From: an uncultured Flavonifractor sp.
Lineage (GTDB): Bacteria > Bacillota > Clostridia > Oscillospirales > Oscillospiraceae
Assembly: GCA_944383135.1 (NCBI GenBank)
Contig: CALWOL010000074.1
Coordinates: forward strand, 5,483 to 69,482
Direction: 5' to 3'
Length of the DNA: 64,000 nt
Within the stretch, counting starts at the first letter, position 1. Every line of letters starts with the position of its first letter. The notes beneath the pieces were generated by a model, which was given only the letters and a program-made list of their open reading frames with translations, was not told where the DNA came from and did not search any database. Positions 29,125 to 39,228 of the stretch are shown one piece after another. A program made the translations under genes and the position numbers.

Positions 29125-30417
29125 TTGACAAAATATGTAATTCACGGCGGGAAGCCGCTGTTTGGTGAGATTGATATCAGCGGCGCCAAAAACGCCGCTG
29201 TTGCGATTATTCCCGCCGCCCTGCTGGTGGACGGGAGCTGCCGGATTGAAAATATTCCCCAGATCAGCGATGTGACGCTGATTCTCAACATTTTGCAGGA
29301 GCTGGGCGCCGATGTGCGCACCGTCAACCGCACCACGGTGGATGTGGACTGCTCCCATATCCGCAATGCCCGGGTGCCGGAGGAGCTGGCCCGGAAAATC
29401 CGGGCCTCCTATTACCTTATTGGGGCTCTGCTGGGCCGGTTCGGCTCCGCCCAGGTGCCGCCGCCCGGCGGCTGCGACTTCGGCGGACGGCCCATTGACC
29501 AGCATATCAAGGGTTTTTTGGCCATGGGGGCCGAGGTGGATGTCCGGGGCGGCTTCATCCACGCCCGGGCGGAAAAGGGCCGGATGCAGGGCACCCATGT
29601 TTATCTGGACATCGTCTCCGTGGGGGCCACCATGAACATCATGCTGGCCGCCGTGCTGGCCGAGGGCATGACCGTCATTGAAAATGCCGCCAAGGAGCCC
29701 CATATTGTGGATTTGGCCAACTTCCTCAACTCCATGGGGGCCGACATTATGGGCGCGGGCACCGACGTGATCAAGATTCGCGGGGTGGAGCGCCTGTCCG
29801 GCGGTACCTACTCCATCATCCCGGACCAGATCGAGGCGGGCACCTATATGGCCGCCGTGGCCGCCGCCGGGGGCGAGGTGCTGGTAAAGAACGTCATTCC
29901 CAAGCATCTGGAGTGCATTACCGCCAAGCTGCTGGAGATGGGCGTGACGGTGGAGGAGCGGGACGACGCCGTGCTGGTCCGCCGGGACGGGAAGCTGACC
30001 CGCACCAACGTCAAGACCCTGCCCTATCCCGGCTTTCCCACCGATATGCAGCCCCAGATTGCCGCCGTGCTCTGCCTGGCGGAGGGGACCAGCGTCCTGA
30101 CCGAGGGCGTGTGGGACAACCGCTACCGCTATGTGGACGAGTTCAGGCGGATGGGGGCCCAGATCCAGGTGGACGGCAAGATTGCTGTCATCGAGGGGGT
30201 GGACCACCTCACCGGCGCCCGCATTCAGGCCTGCGATCTGCGGGCGGGAGCCGCCATGGTGATTGCTGGCCTGGCCGCCCAGGGCGTCACCGAGATTGGA
30301 TGCATCCACCATATCGAGCGGGGCTATGAGGACATTGTCCGCAAGCTCTCCGGCGTGGGGGCGGATATTCGGGTGGTGGTGACCCCCGACGAGGAGAAGC
30401 AGAGTCAGGTGGGCTGA
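29125..30417 (+). CDS. murA: UDP-N-acetylglucosamine 1-carboxyvinyltransferase
   Basis: SGAKNA, RASYY, PGGCDFGGRPIDQH, PGFPTDMQ, DLRAGA; TTG start. Confidence 0.95.
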   Translation: MTKYVIHGGKPLFGEIDISGAKNAAVAIIPAALLVDGSCRIENIPQISDVTLILNILQELGADVRTVNRTTVDVDCSHIRNARVPEELARKIRASYYLIGALLGRFGSAQVPPPGGCDFGGRPIDQHIKGFLAMGAEVDVRGGFIHARAEKGRMQGTHVYLDIVSVGATMNIMLAAVLAEGMTVIENAAKEPHIVDLANFLNSMGADIMGAGTDVIKIRGVERLSGGTYSIIPDQIEAGTYMAAVAAAGGEVLVKNVIPKHLECITAKLLEMGVTVEERDDAVLVRRDGKLTRTNVKTLPYPGFPTDMQPQIAAVLCLAEGTSVLTEGVWDNRYRYVDEFRRMGAQIQVDGKIAVIEGVDHLTGARIQACDLRAGAAMVIAGLAAQGVTEIGCIHHIERGYEDIVRKLSGVGADIRVVVTPDEEKQSQVG

Positions 30418-30487
30418 GCAAACAGACCGTCCGTCAGGCGGGGGAGCTTCCCCCGCCTGTTTTGTGTGGAAAAGGAGAGATTTTGTG

Positions 30488-31273
30488 GTGGAAGTGTGTA
30501 CGCTGGCCAGCGGTTCCAGCGGAAATTGTCTGCTGGTAAGCGATGGGGCCACCCATATTCTGGTGGACGCGGGCATCTCCTGCCGGCGGATCACCACCGC
30601 TCTGAAGGCCCTGGGGGTGGCGCCCGAAACACTGGCCGCCGTGCTGGTGACCCATGAGCACACGGACCATATCGCCGGGCTGGCCACCATGACCAAACAG
30701 CTTTCCGTGCCGGTGTATGCCAGCAGAGGCACCGGCAGACAGCTGTGCTACCGCATTCCCTTTCTGGAGGAGGTGCTCCACACCTTTACGCCGGGAGAAT
30801 GCTTTCCCGTGGGCGGTATGGAGGTGGAGACCTTTCCCACCCCCCATGACGCCGCTGAGAGCAATGGCTACGCCCTTACCGCCGGCGGAAGGAAGGCGGC
30901 GGTGGTGACCGACCTGGGGCATGTGACGGAGGAGGTACGCCGGGGAGTGCGGGGGGCGGAGCTGCTGGTGGCGGAGGCCAACCATGACGTGGAGTGGCTC
31001 CAGTCTGGCTCCTACCCCTACTTCCTCAAAAGCCGGATTTTGGGAGACCGGGGCCACCTGTCCAACGAGGCGGGGGCCGAGCTGGTGTGGCAGAGCGTGG
31101 AGGAGGGCGCCCGCACGGTGGTGCTGGCCCATCTTTCCCAGGAAAACAACACGCCCCAGCGGGCCTACGACGTGGTGCGGACCACGTTGGAGGGGCGGGG
31201 CGCCCGGATCGGCCGGGACGTGGTCCTGGAGGTGGCCCCCAGAGCGCAGACGGGAACGAGGTACCGGATATGA
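30488..31273 (+). CDS. MBL-fold metallo-hydrolase (YycJ/WalJ-like)
   Basis: LASGSSGN, THEHTDH, EANHD, GHLSN; upstream of rlmH as in other Firmicutes. Confidence 0.9.
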   Translation: MEVCTLASGSSGNCLLVSDGATHILVDAGISCRRITTALKALGVAPETLAAVLVTHEHTDHIAGLATMTKQLSVPVYASRGTGRQLCYRIPFLEEVLHTFTPGECFPVGGMEVETFPTPHDAAESNGYALTAGGRKAAVVTDLGHVTEEVRRGVRGAELLVAEANHDVEWLQSGSYPYFLKSRILGDRGHLSNEAGAELVWQSVEEGARTVVLAHLSQENNTPQRAYDVVRTTLEGRGARIGRDVVLEVAPRAQTGTRYRI

Positions 31274-31758
31274 AAGGCATCAGCGTGCATCTGATCTGCG
31301 TGGGCAAGCTGAAGGAAAAATTTTACATAGACGCCGCGGCGGAATACGCCAAGCGCCTTTCGGCCTACTGCAAATTCCAGCTTACCGAGCTGCCGGAGGA
31401 GCGGCTGCCGGCCAACCCCTCCCAGGCCCAGATTGACGCCGCCCTGGAGAAGGAGGCCCAGGCCGTGGAGGCCAGACTGCCCAGAGGAGCGGCCGTGGTG
31501 GCCCTGTGCGTGGAGGGGGAGCTCCTCTCCAGCGAGCGGCTGGCCCAGCGGCTGGAGCGGTGGCCGGGAGAGGGAATCAGCACCCTGGTCTTTCTCATGG
31601 GCTCCTCCTATGGAATGCATCCCGGGCTGAAAAAGCAGGCCAGGCTGCGGCTGTCCATGTCCCCCATGACCTTCCCTCATCACCTGGCCAGGGTGATGCT
31701 GCTGGAGCAGCTCTACCGCTGCTTCAAAATCCAGGAGGGCTCGGGCTACCACAAGTAG
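31270..31758 (+). CDS. rlmH: 23S rRNA m3Psi1915 methyltransferase
   Basis: VGKLKEK, MTFPHHLARVMLLEQLYR, GSGYHK. Confidence 0.95.
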   Translation: MKGISVHLICVGKLKEKFYIDAAAEYAKRLSAYCKFQLTELPEERLPANPSQAQIDAALEKEAQAVEARLPRGAAVVALCVEGELLSSERLAQRLERWPGEGISTLVFLMGSSYGMHPGLKKQARLRLSMSPMTFPHHLARVMLLEQLYRCFKIQEGSGYHK

Positions 31759-31887
31759 GACAGGAAAAATTTTGCATTCAATCTGCGCATTGCCGGAAAT
31801 TAGGGTAGATATACAGCTGGTTTTATGCTATAATCACAAAAGCAGCGATGCGCTACCTGTAAAATTAAGGTATTGGAGGTAATTCCC

Positions 31888-33615
31888 ATGTCCTATCGTG
31901 ACGTATATGAAAAGTGGCTCAGCAGTCCCGCCCTCAGCGAAGCGGAAAAGGACGAGCTCCGCGCCATCTCCGGCGACGAGAAGGAAATCGAAAGCCGCTT
32001 CTTCGCCCCCCTGGAGTTCGGCACCGCCGGCCTGCGGGGTACCATGTGTGTGGGCCTGCATCAGATGAACATTCACGTGATCCGCCACGCCACCCAGGCC
32101 TTCGCCGAGGTCATCAAGGCCGAGGGGGCCGAGGCCATGGAGCGGGGCGTGGCGGTGTGCTTTGACTGCCGCAACAATTCCGACGCCTTTGCCAAGGAGA
32201 CCGCCTGCGTTATGGCGGGCAATGGGATTAAGGTGCGCCTGTTTGAGTCCCTGCGCCCCACCCCCGAGGTCTCCTTCGCCGTGCGGGAGTATCACTGCAT
32301 TGCCGGCGTGAATGTCACGGCCAGCCACAACCCCAAGGAGTACAACGGCTATAAGGTCTACTGGCAGGACGGCGCTCAGCTGCCTCCCCACCACGCCTCC
32401 GCCATCGCCAAGAAGATGGAGGAGCTGGACCTGTTCGACTCCATCCGGCGGATGGACTATGACCAGGCGGTGCAGGCCGGCCTCATCACCCTGATGGGGG
32501 AGGAGACCGACGAGAAGTTCCTGGCCAATGTCATGGAACAGGTCAACGACCAGGAGGCGGTAAACAAGGTGGCGGACACCTTCAAGATGGTGTACACCCC
32601 CTTCCATGGCACCGGCTACAAGCTCATCCCCGAGGCCCTCAAGCGCCTGGGCATGAAGCACGTCATCTGCGTGCCCGAGCAGATGGTCATTGACGGCAAC
32701 TTCCCCACCGTGGTCTCCCCCAACCCGGAGAATCCCGAGGGCTTCTACCTGGCGGTGGATTTGGCCAAGAAGGAGGGCGCCGACTTCATCCTGGGCTCCG
32801 ACCCCGACGCCGACCGGGTGGGCATCATGGTCCGCAACGACCAGGGCGAGTACATCACCATTTCCGGCAACCAGACCGGCGTGCTGCTGCTGGACTACCT
32901 CATCGGCGCCAAGCAGCGCACCGGCAAGATGCCCAAGAATCCGGTGGCCCTCAAGACCATTGTCACCACCGAGATGGCCCGCAAGGTGGCCGAGACCAAC
33001 GGTTTGCAGTGCTATGACACCTTTACCGGCTTCAAGTTCCTGGCGGAGAAGAAGGACAAGCTGGAGAACGCCGGCGAGGGCAAGGTCATCTTTGCCTACG
33101 AGGAGAGCTACGGCTACATGCTGGGCGACTACGTCCGGGACAAGGACGCGGTGACCGCCTCCCTGGCCCTCACCGAGATGGCCGCCTGGTACGCCGGACA
33201 GGGCATGACCCTGTACGACGCCCTCCAGAAGTGCTATGAGAAGTACGGCTTCTACGGCGAGCGCACCATGAACCTGGTGATGCCCGGCCTGGACGGCCTG
33301 AAGAAGATGGCCGATTTGATGGCCGGCCTGCGGGAGAAGCCCCCGGTGGAGATTGCCGGTGTGGCCGTGGCCCAGCAGAAGGACTACAAGGATGGCTCCG
33401 TGGTCAATGTTGCCGACGGCGCCAAGTCTGCCATGGAGCTCTCCGGCTCCAACGTGCTGCGCTACGAGATGACCGACGGCACCAGCCTGATCGTCCGGCC
33501 CTCCGGCACCGAGCCCAAGGTCAAGGTGTACATCCTGGCCAACGGCGCCACCAAGGCCGAGGCCGACGACAAAGTGACCAAGTACGCCGCCTGGGCGGAG
33601 AGCCTGAAGGGGTAA
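31888..33615 (+). CDS. Phosphoglucomutase/phosphomannomutase
   Basis: FGTAGLRG, TASHNP, DPDADR, EESYG, RPSGTEPK. Confidence 0.95.
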   Translation: MSYRDVYEKWLSSPALSEAEKDELRAISGDEKEIESRFFAPLEFGTAGLRGTMCVGLHQMNIHVIRHATQAFAEVIKAEGAEAMERGVAVCFDCRNNSDAFAKETACVMAGNGIKVRLFESLRPTPEVSFAVREYHCIAGVNVTASHNPKEYNGYKVYWQDGAQLPPHHASAIAKKMEELDLFDSIRRMDYDQAVQAGLITLMGEETDEKFLANVMEQVNDQEAVNKVADTFKMVYTPFHGTGYKLIPEALKRLGMKHVICVPEQMVIDGNFPTVVSPNPENPEGFYLAVDLAKKEGADFILGSDPDADRVGIMVRNDQGEYITISGNQTGVLLLDYLIGAKQRTGKMPKNPVALKTIVTTEMARKVAETNGLQCYDTFTGFKFLAEKKDKLENAGEGKVIFAYEESYGYMLGDYVRDKDAVTASLALTEMAAWYAGQGMTLYDALQKCYEKYGFYGERTMNLVMPGLDGLKKMADLMAGLREKPPVEIAGVAVAQQKDYKDGSVVNVADGAKSAMELSGSNVLRYEMTDGTSLIVRPSGTEPKVKVYILANGATKAEADDKVTKYAAWAESLKG

Positions 33616-33741
33616 GAACGATTTATGCACACAGAGGGGCGCGCCCGGCTTTTGCCGGGCGCGCCCTCTGCCTTTTGTCCGCCGCTTGACAGCGGGAGTG
33701 AAATCCCATACACTGAAGAAAAACGGCGGGAGGTCTGGGCC

Positions 33742-34986
33742 ATGGAGCTGAAAGAGCGGGTACGTCTGGCCGAGCCGGTTCTGGAGGCGATTCCGGAGGC
33801 TGTCCGGGTGCTGGACGGGCGGGGAGAGGTGCTCTTTTCCAACCGGGTCTGCCGGAGTCTGGCCCTCCGTGACCGGCAGGAATCGGTGTGGGACGGGGGA
33901 ACCATCCGGCTGGAGCACGGAGAGAGCGGACGGGTGGAAATCTTCCGGGACCGCTCTGTGGTGGGCCGGCTGCAGGGAGAGCTGGAGCGGATGGAGCGGA
34001 AGCTGCGCAGACTCCAGGCCAAATACACCTTTCAGGATATTGTGGGAAGAGACGAAAAGCTGCTCCAGGCCATCCGCCAGGCCAAAGGAGCCGCCGCCAC
34101 CCCGGCCGCCATCCTGCTGCGGGGAGAGAGCGGCACGGGCAAGGAGCTCTTTGCCCACGCCATTCACAACGCCAGCAGCCGGCGGGGAGAGCGGATGGTG
34201 GCCATCAATTGCAGCGCCCTGCCGGAGGAGCTGCTGGAGAGCGAACTGTTCGGTTATGTGGAGGGCTCCTTCACCGGGGCCCGCCGGGGCGGGAAGCCCG
34301 GCCTGTTTCAGCAGGCCCACCGGGGAACCCTGTTCCTGGATGAGGTGGGAGATCTCTCCCCCCGAATGCAGACCAGACTGCTGCGGGTGCTCCAGGAGCG
34401 GGAAATTACCCCGGTGGGGGCGGTGGAACCGGTGCCGGTAGATGTGCGCATCATCAGCGCCACCCACAGGGATTTGGAAACCATGGTGGAGGCGGGGCAG
34501 TTCCGCCAGGATTTGTACTACCGCCTCAATGTGTTTCCGGTCTACCTGCCCGCCCTCCGGGAGCGGCCGGGAGATTTGGAGGACCTGGTGCGCTGCCTGC
34601 TGGCCCGCCACAGTGAGCTCTATCACCGGCAGGCGGAGGACTTGGATGGGGAAGCGGGAGAACTGCTCCGCCGTCAGAACTGGCGGGGCAATGTCCGGGA
34701 GCTGGAAAATGTGGTGACCAGAGTCCTGATCCGGATTCCGGAGGACCAGAAAATCCTGACCCGGGGGGATTTTGCAGCCGTGCTCCCCCAGACCGCCGTC
34801 CCCAGAGGCAGGGAGCCGGCAGCCAAGGAGACGGGGCCCTCCCTGGCGCAGGTGCTGGAGGAGACCGAGCGAAGCTGCATCTGTCAGGCCCTGGAGCAGT
34901 GGGGCGGGGACAAAAACAAGGCGGCCAGACAGCTGGACGTGCCGCTGCGCACCCTCTATTACAAATGTAAAAAGCTGGGGATTTGA
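33742..34986 (+). CDS. sigma54-dependent enhancer-binding protein (short PAS-like N-terminus, AAA+, Fis HTH)
   Basis: GESGTGKE, ESELFG...GSFTGA, LFLDEVG, RQDLYYRL, WRGNVREL, C-terminal HTH. Confidence 0.93.
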   Translation: MELKERVRLAEPVLEAIPEAVRVLDGRGEVLFSNRVCRSLALRDRQESVWDGGTIRLEHGESGRVEIFRDRSVVGRLQGELERMERKLRRLQAKYTFQDIVGRDEKLLQAIRQAKGAAATPAAILLRGESGTGKELFAHAIHNASSRRGERMVAINCSALPEELLESELFGYVEGSFTGARRGGKPGLFQQAHRGTLFLDEVGDLSPRMQTRLLRVLQEREITPVGAVEPVPVDVRIISATHRDLETMVEAGQFRQDLYYRLNVFPVYLPALRERPGDLEDLVRCLLARHSELYHRQAEDLDGEAGELLRRQNWRGNVRELENVVTRVLIRIPEDQKILTRGDFAAVLPQTAVPRGREPAAKETGPSLAQVLEETERSCICQALEQWGGDKNKAARQLDVPLRTLYYKCKKLGI

Positions 34987-34997
34987 CGCCAGGTTCT

Positions 34998-35035
34998 GCA
35001 ATATACTGCGGCAAGAAATTGCGGCAATATATTGC
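34998..35035. promoter_or_regulatory. Putative upstream activator sites (3 x GCAA-N4-YTGC)
   Basis: GCAATATACTGC, GCAAGAAATTGC and GCAATATATTGC at 13-bp period. Confidence 0.6.
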
Positions 35036-35075
35036 AAAGCGGGTCCGTAGGCCACAGGTTACAGGGAAATTTACT

Positions 35076-35091
35076 TGGCATGCAGGTTGCT
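35076..35091 (+). promoter_or_regulatory. sigma54 -24/-12 promoter
   Basis: TGGCATGCAGGTTGCT (GG-N10-GC), directly downstream of the activator gene. Confidence 0.85.
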
Positions 35092-35139
35092 CTTCTTTCA
35101 GGCAGAACTGCCCAGCGGCATACGGAAAGGAGAAACCAT

Positions 35140-35829
35140 ATGAACCTGAATGAATTTGCCAAAGCCTATTACGGGATGGCCGGAAGCGCCGTCTATGGTC
35201 AGCCGGTGCCGGTCTCTCCCCAGGATACGGCCCTGATTCTCATTGACGTGCAGGACTGCCTGACCAGGGAGTATTATGAGGCGGCCTGCCGGATGGCGGG
35301 GATGGACATGGAGGAGCTGGCCCCCGCCATGGAGGAGCTGGAGCGCTTTGTGGGCGGGACCCTGGAGAACATTGCCAAGGTGCTCAAGGCCTGCCGGGAG
35401 AAAGGTATCCGCCCCATCCACGTGAAGATTGAGTCCTATCTGCCCGACGGGGCGGATACCGGCCGGCTTCACGCCTCGGCGGGAATGTGCTATCCCCCCG
35501 ACAGCCCCGCCACCCGCTTCCTGCCTCAGGCCGCGCCCCTGGAGGGGGAGATTGTGCTGAAAAAGACCTGCTCCGGCATCTGCGTGGGAACCCCGGTGGA
35601 CCGCATCCTGCGGAATTTGGGGATTCGCAACGTGATTGTGGTGGGCTTTTACACGGACCAGTGTGTCAGCACGTCGGTGCGGGATCTGGCTGACCTGGGT
35701 TACGCGGTGGATTTGATTGAGGACGCCACCGCCGCCATGAGCCCGGCCCGCACCGCCAATGCCCTGGAGGGGATTCAGCGCATTTATGCCAATTCGGAGA
35801 CTACGGCGGAGCTGCTGGCCCGCCTGTAA
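35140..35829 (+). CDS. Isochorismatase-like cysteine hydrolase
   Basis: TALILIDVQ (Asp), VLKK (Lys), GFYTDQCV (Cys). Confidence 0.88.
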   Translation: MNLNEFAKAYYGMAGSAVYGQPVPVSPQDTALILIDVQDCLTREYYEAACRMAGMDMEELAPAMEELERFVGGTLENIAKVLKACREKGIRPIHVKIESYLPDGADTGRLHASAGMCYPPDSPATRFLPQAAPLEGEIVLKKTCSGICVGTPVDRILRNLGIRNVIVVGFYTDQCVSTSVRDLADLGYAVDLIEDATAAMSPARTANALEGIQRIYANSETTAELLARL

Positions 35830-35847
35830 ACAGGGGAGTGTGACGGT

Positions 35848-37035
35848 ATGCAGCGGGTTTGGGCGCTGGCACAGAAGGAGAGGGAACGGGCGGTGGCATG
35901 GCGCAGATACCTGCACCAGCATCCGGAGCTGAGCTTCGAGGAGTTTGAGACCGCCGAGTTTGTGGCCGGGCGGCTGGAGGAACTGGGCTACGCTGTGCGC
36001 CGGAATGTGGGAGGGACCGGAGTCCTGGCCACCCTGGACACCGGACGCCCTGGCCCGGTAATCGCCTTCCGGGCGGACATGGACGCCCTGCCCATCCTGG
36101 AGCAGACCGGCCTGCCCTATGCCTCCGCCCGGCCGGGTGTGATGCATGGCTGCGGCCACGACATCCACACCGCCGTGCTGCTGGGAACCGCCTGCCTGCT
36201 GTCCGGGCTCCGGGAGGAGCTGCGGGGCGTGATTAAGCTGATTTTCCAGCCCGGTGAGGAGGCCAACGGCGGCGCCCGGTGCGTCATTCAGGACGGGGTG
36301 CTCCGCCAGCCGGAGGTGGAGGCGGTGTTTGCCCTGCACGTGCTTCCGGATTTACCTGTGGGCACCATCGGGCTGCGGGAAGGCTACCTCTCCGCCACCG
36401 ACGATGAGCTGCTCATCGGGGTGAACGGGGTGGCCGCCCACTCCTCCACCCCTCAGGAGGGAGTCAACGCCATCACCGCCGCGGCCCATATCCTCACCGC
36501 CCTGGAGAGCATTGAGTCCTGCGGCATCAGCCCCTTTGAGGTGGCAACCTGCTCCATCTGCAAAATCCGGGGCGGGGAGACCAACAACGTCATCCCAGAC
36601 CGGGTGGAGCTGTGGGGAATGCTCCGCTGCCTGGACAAGAACACCAAGGCCCTGTACCGGGAGCGCATCCAGCGCATCTGCACCGGGACCGCCCATGCTC
36701 TGGGGGCGGAGGCGGAGGTGGAATTTACCACCGGGTTTCCGGCGGTATACAACGATTCCCAGCTGACCAAGCAGGCCGCGGCGGCGGCGGAAGGCGCCCT
36801 GGGGGACCCCAAGCGGGTGCTCTGGCTGCCCCGGCCCAACCTGGGCTCGGAGGATTTTTCCTATTTCCAGGAGGAAGTGCCGGGGGTGATGTTTGCCCTG
36901 GGCTGCGGCGGCCAGGAGGGAGCGGGCGGCGGACTGCATGCCGCGGACTTTACCCCGGACGAGGGGTGTATTCCGGTGGGCATGGCCTGCCAGACCGCCA
37001 TTGCCCTGCGCCTGTGCGGAAAAGAGCGGGGGTAA
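35848..37035 (+). CDS. M20D family amidohydrolase
   Basis: HQHPELSFEE, RADMDALP, MHGCGHD, FQPGEE, SEDF. Confidence 0.92.
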   Translation: MQRVWALAQKERERAVAWRRYLHQHPELSFEEFETAEFVAGRLEELGYAVRRNVGGTGVLATLDTGRPGPVIAFRADMDALPILEQTGLPYASARPGVMHGCGHDIHTAVLLGTACLLSGLREELRGVIKLIFQPGEEANGGARCVIQDGVLRQPEVEAVFALHVLPDLPVGTIGLREGYLSATDDELLIGVNGVAAHSSTPQEGVNAITAAAHILTALESIESCGISPFEVATCSICKIRGGETNNVIPDRVELWGMLRCLDKNTKALYRERIQRICTGTAHALGAEAEVEFTTGFPAVYNDSQLTKQAAAAAEGALGDPKRVLWLPRPNLGSEDFSYFQEEVPGVMFALGCGGQEGAGGGLHAADFTPDEGCIPVGMACQTAIALRLCGKERG

Positions 37036-37142
37036 AACGGACCATTTGAGCGGAATGCGCGCTGCGGAAGGCAGCGCGCATTTTTTGCCTGGGGAAGGGA
37101 CGAAAGGAGGTGGAAAAAGAGGAAAAAATTCCGCCGTCAGGG

Positions 37143-37170
37143 AGAAACTTTCTGCTCTGTACGCCGTCTA
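37143..37170 (+). promoter_or_regulatory. Putative ECF sigma promoter (SigW/SigV/SigM type)
   Basis: AGAAAC-N16-CGTCTA. Confidence 0.5.
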
Positions 37171-37290
37171 AAAAGCAGACACGGAAAATTTAAGGATTCC
37201 TTAAGAACTTGTTATTGCTTTGTAAATCTAACCAGGCCCCGCTGTGGTAGAATCAGCTTGAGCCAATTGCGAAACAAGGAGGATGTCAAC

Positions 37291-39216
37291 ATGACCCAAG
37301 AGCAGACGCCCGTGATGGAGCAGACCCCACAGACCCCCGGCGTCACGCCCGCAATCCCCAAAGGGGCAAAGAAAAAGCGCAGGGGCAAGGGAAAGCTGAT
37401 TGCGGGAATCCTGGTGCTTGCCGCGGTGGTGATCGCGGTGGCCGTGGTGCTGTGGTATTTTGTGTTCCGGGAGACCAATGAGCTGGGCGAGGTTATGGTG
37501 GGAACGGTGGAGTACGGCTCCATTCAGTCCATGGTGGAGGGCTCCGGCATGACCCGTGCCCGGAACTCCGCCAGCGTTACCCCGGGCAGCGGAACCATCC
37601 TGGAGCTGTACGTCCAAGAGGGGAACCAGGTGACCGAGGGCCAGCAGCTCTACAAGATGGACGACACCACCGCCCGGGAGGCGGTCCAGGCCGCTCAGGA
37701 GACGGTGGACAACGCCCAGAAGGATTTGCAGGCGGTATATGACAAGATTGCCGAGCTCACCGTCAAGGCCCCCCACAGCGGCAATTTGCGGGATGTGGCC
37801 GACCTGAAGGTGGGTGATACCGTCAATGAGGGGGACACCATCGCCACAATTGTAAACGACACCAAGATGCGGCTGTCCCTCTATTACAGCTATGCCTATG
37901 AGGGACAGATTCAGGTGGGGCAGAGCGCCCAGATCTCCATCCCGTCGGTGATGACCTCCCGCACCGGTACGGTGGAGCAGATAAACAAGGTCCGCTTTGT
38001 CTCCCCGGAGGGCGCCACCCACTTTGAGGTGGTGCTGGTTTTGGACAATCCCGGCACCCTCACGGAGGGAATGGAGGCCTCCGCGGCCCTCACCGCCGCC
38101 GACGGCACCCCCATCTATGCCTATCAGAACGGCAAGCTGGAGTTTTATGAGACCACTGTGGTGAAGGCCAAGGCCTCCGGCCCGGTGGAGCAGGTCAATC
38201 TGCTGAATTACGCCGACGTGAAGGCGGGGCAGGTGATGGTCCAGCTTGGGGCCAAGGACACCGATGAGGAGATCTCCCAGAAGGAGGAGGCTCTGAAGGC
38301 CGCCCAGGAGAAGCTTACCGAGGCCAACAACGAGCTGGGCAAGTACAACGCCACCGCCCCCATCTCGGGTACCGTCCTCTCCTGCAGTTTGCAGGAGGGA
38401 ATGGAGGTGCAGAGCGGGCAGGGCATCAGCATTGCCGACACCACCCAGATGGTCATTGAAATCAGCGTGGACGAGATGAACGCCCGGTACATCAAAACCG
38501 GCATGATGGTCAACATTGACCAGTACGGCACCCCCTACATGGGCGTGGTGGAGAGCGTGTCCATGACCGCCTCTGGCGAGAACGGCGTGGCCTCTGTTCC
38601 CGCGGTGGTCACTGTGGACAACTTCGACGGCTCCATGATCCCAGGTACTTACGTCAGCTACTCCTTTGTGGCCAGTGAGTCGGAAAACTGCCTGGTGGTG
38701 CCGGTGCAGGCGGTCAAATATGTCAGCTTTGACAACGTGACCCTCCCTGACACCCTGGATGCCGCGCCTATGGACGGCATGGACATGGACGGCATGGATA
38801 TGGACGGCATGGACATGGACGGCATGGACATGGACGGTATGGATGGGGATATGCTGCCCGCGGAGGACAGCGACGGGATGGCCGGCGAGGATGCCGTGGC
38901 AGTACCCCAGCGGGCCTCCGGCGGAGCCTTCGCCAAGCCGCTGATGGCGGTGGCTGTGCCCATGCCCGACGGCGGAATGGATATGATGGGCGGTACCGGC
39001 GACAGCCAGGGCGCCATCGTCTGGGTCCAGTCCGAGGAGCCCCCCGTCAACGCCATTCTGGAGCCCGATCCCGCCTGGGAGCAGCCCAAGGGCTTCTGGG
39101 CGGTGCCGGTGACGGTGGGCCTGAATGACAATTCCCAGGTGGAGATTGTCCGGGGCCTGTCCCAGGGCCAGGTGGTATTCCTGGGCTATCAGGACCCCAA
39201 CCAGATATACTATTAA
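37291..39216 (+). CDS. HlyD/MacA-like membrane fusion protein with duplicated hairpin/lipoyl regions and a Met-Asp repeat
   Basis: N-terminal basic stretch plus TM; GTILELYVQEGNQV, APHSG and APISG motifs; C-terminal VTVGL...VEIVRGL. Confidence 0.85.
   Translation: MTQEQTPVMEQTPQTPGVTPAIPKGAKKKRRGKGKLIAGILVLAAVVIAVAVVLWYFVFRETNELGEVMVGTVEYGSIQSMVEGSGMTRARNSASVTPGSGTILELYVQEGNQVTEGQQLYKMDDTTAREAVQAAQETVDNAQKDLQAVYDKIAELTVKAPHSGNLRDVADLKVGDTVNEGDTIATIVNDTKMRLSLYYSYAYEGQIQVGQSAQISIPSVMTSRTGTVEQINKVRFVSPEGATHFEVVLVLDNPGTLTEGMEASAALTAADGTPIYAYQNGKLEFYETTVVKAKASGPVEQVNLLNYADVKAGQVMVQLGAKDTDEEISQKEEALKAAQEKLTEANNELGKYNATAPISGTVLSCSLQEGMEVQSGQGISIADTTQMVIEISVDEMNARYIKTGMMVNIDQYGTPYMGVVESVSMTASGENGVASVPAVVTVDNFDGSMIPGTYVSYSFVASESENCLVVPVQAVKYVSFDNVTLPDTLDAAPMDGMDMDGMDMDGMDMDGMDMDGMDGDMLPAEDSDGMAGEDAVAVPQRASGGAFAKPLMAVAVPMPDGGMDMMGGTGDSQGAIVWVQSEEPPVNAILEPDPAWEQPKGFWAVPVTVGLNDNSQVEIVRGLSQGQVVFLGYQDPNQIYY
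38770..38844 (+). repeat. Five tandem 15-bp repeats encoding (MDGMD)5
   Basis: ATGGACGGYATGGAY x5. Confidence 0.95.
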
Positions 39217-39228
39217 GAGGGCTGTATC

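Noticed and set aside
38770-38844. Short direct repeats as a possible CRISPR array
   Set aside because: Contiguous in-frame 15-bp coding repeats with no spacers; no cas genes in the window.
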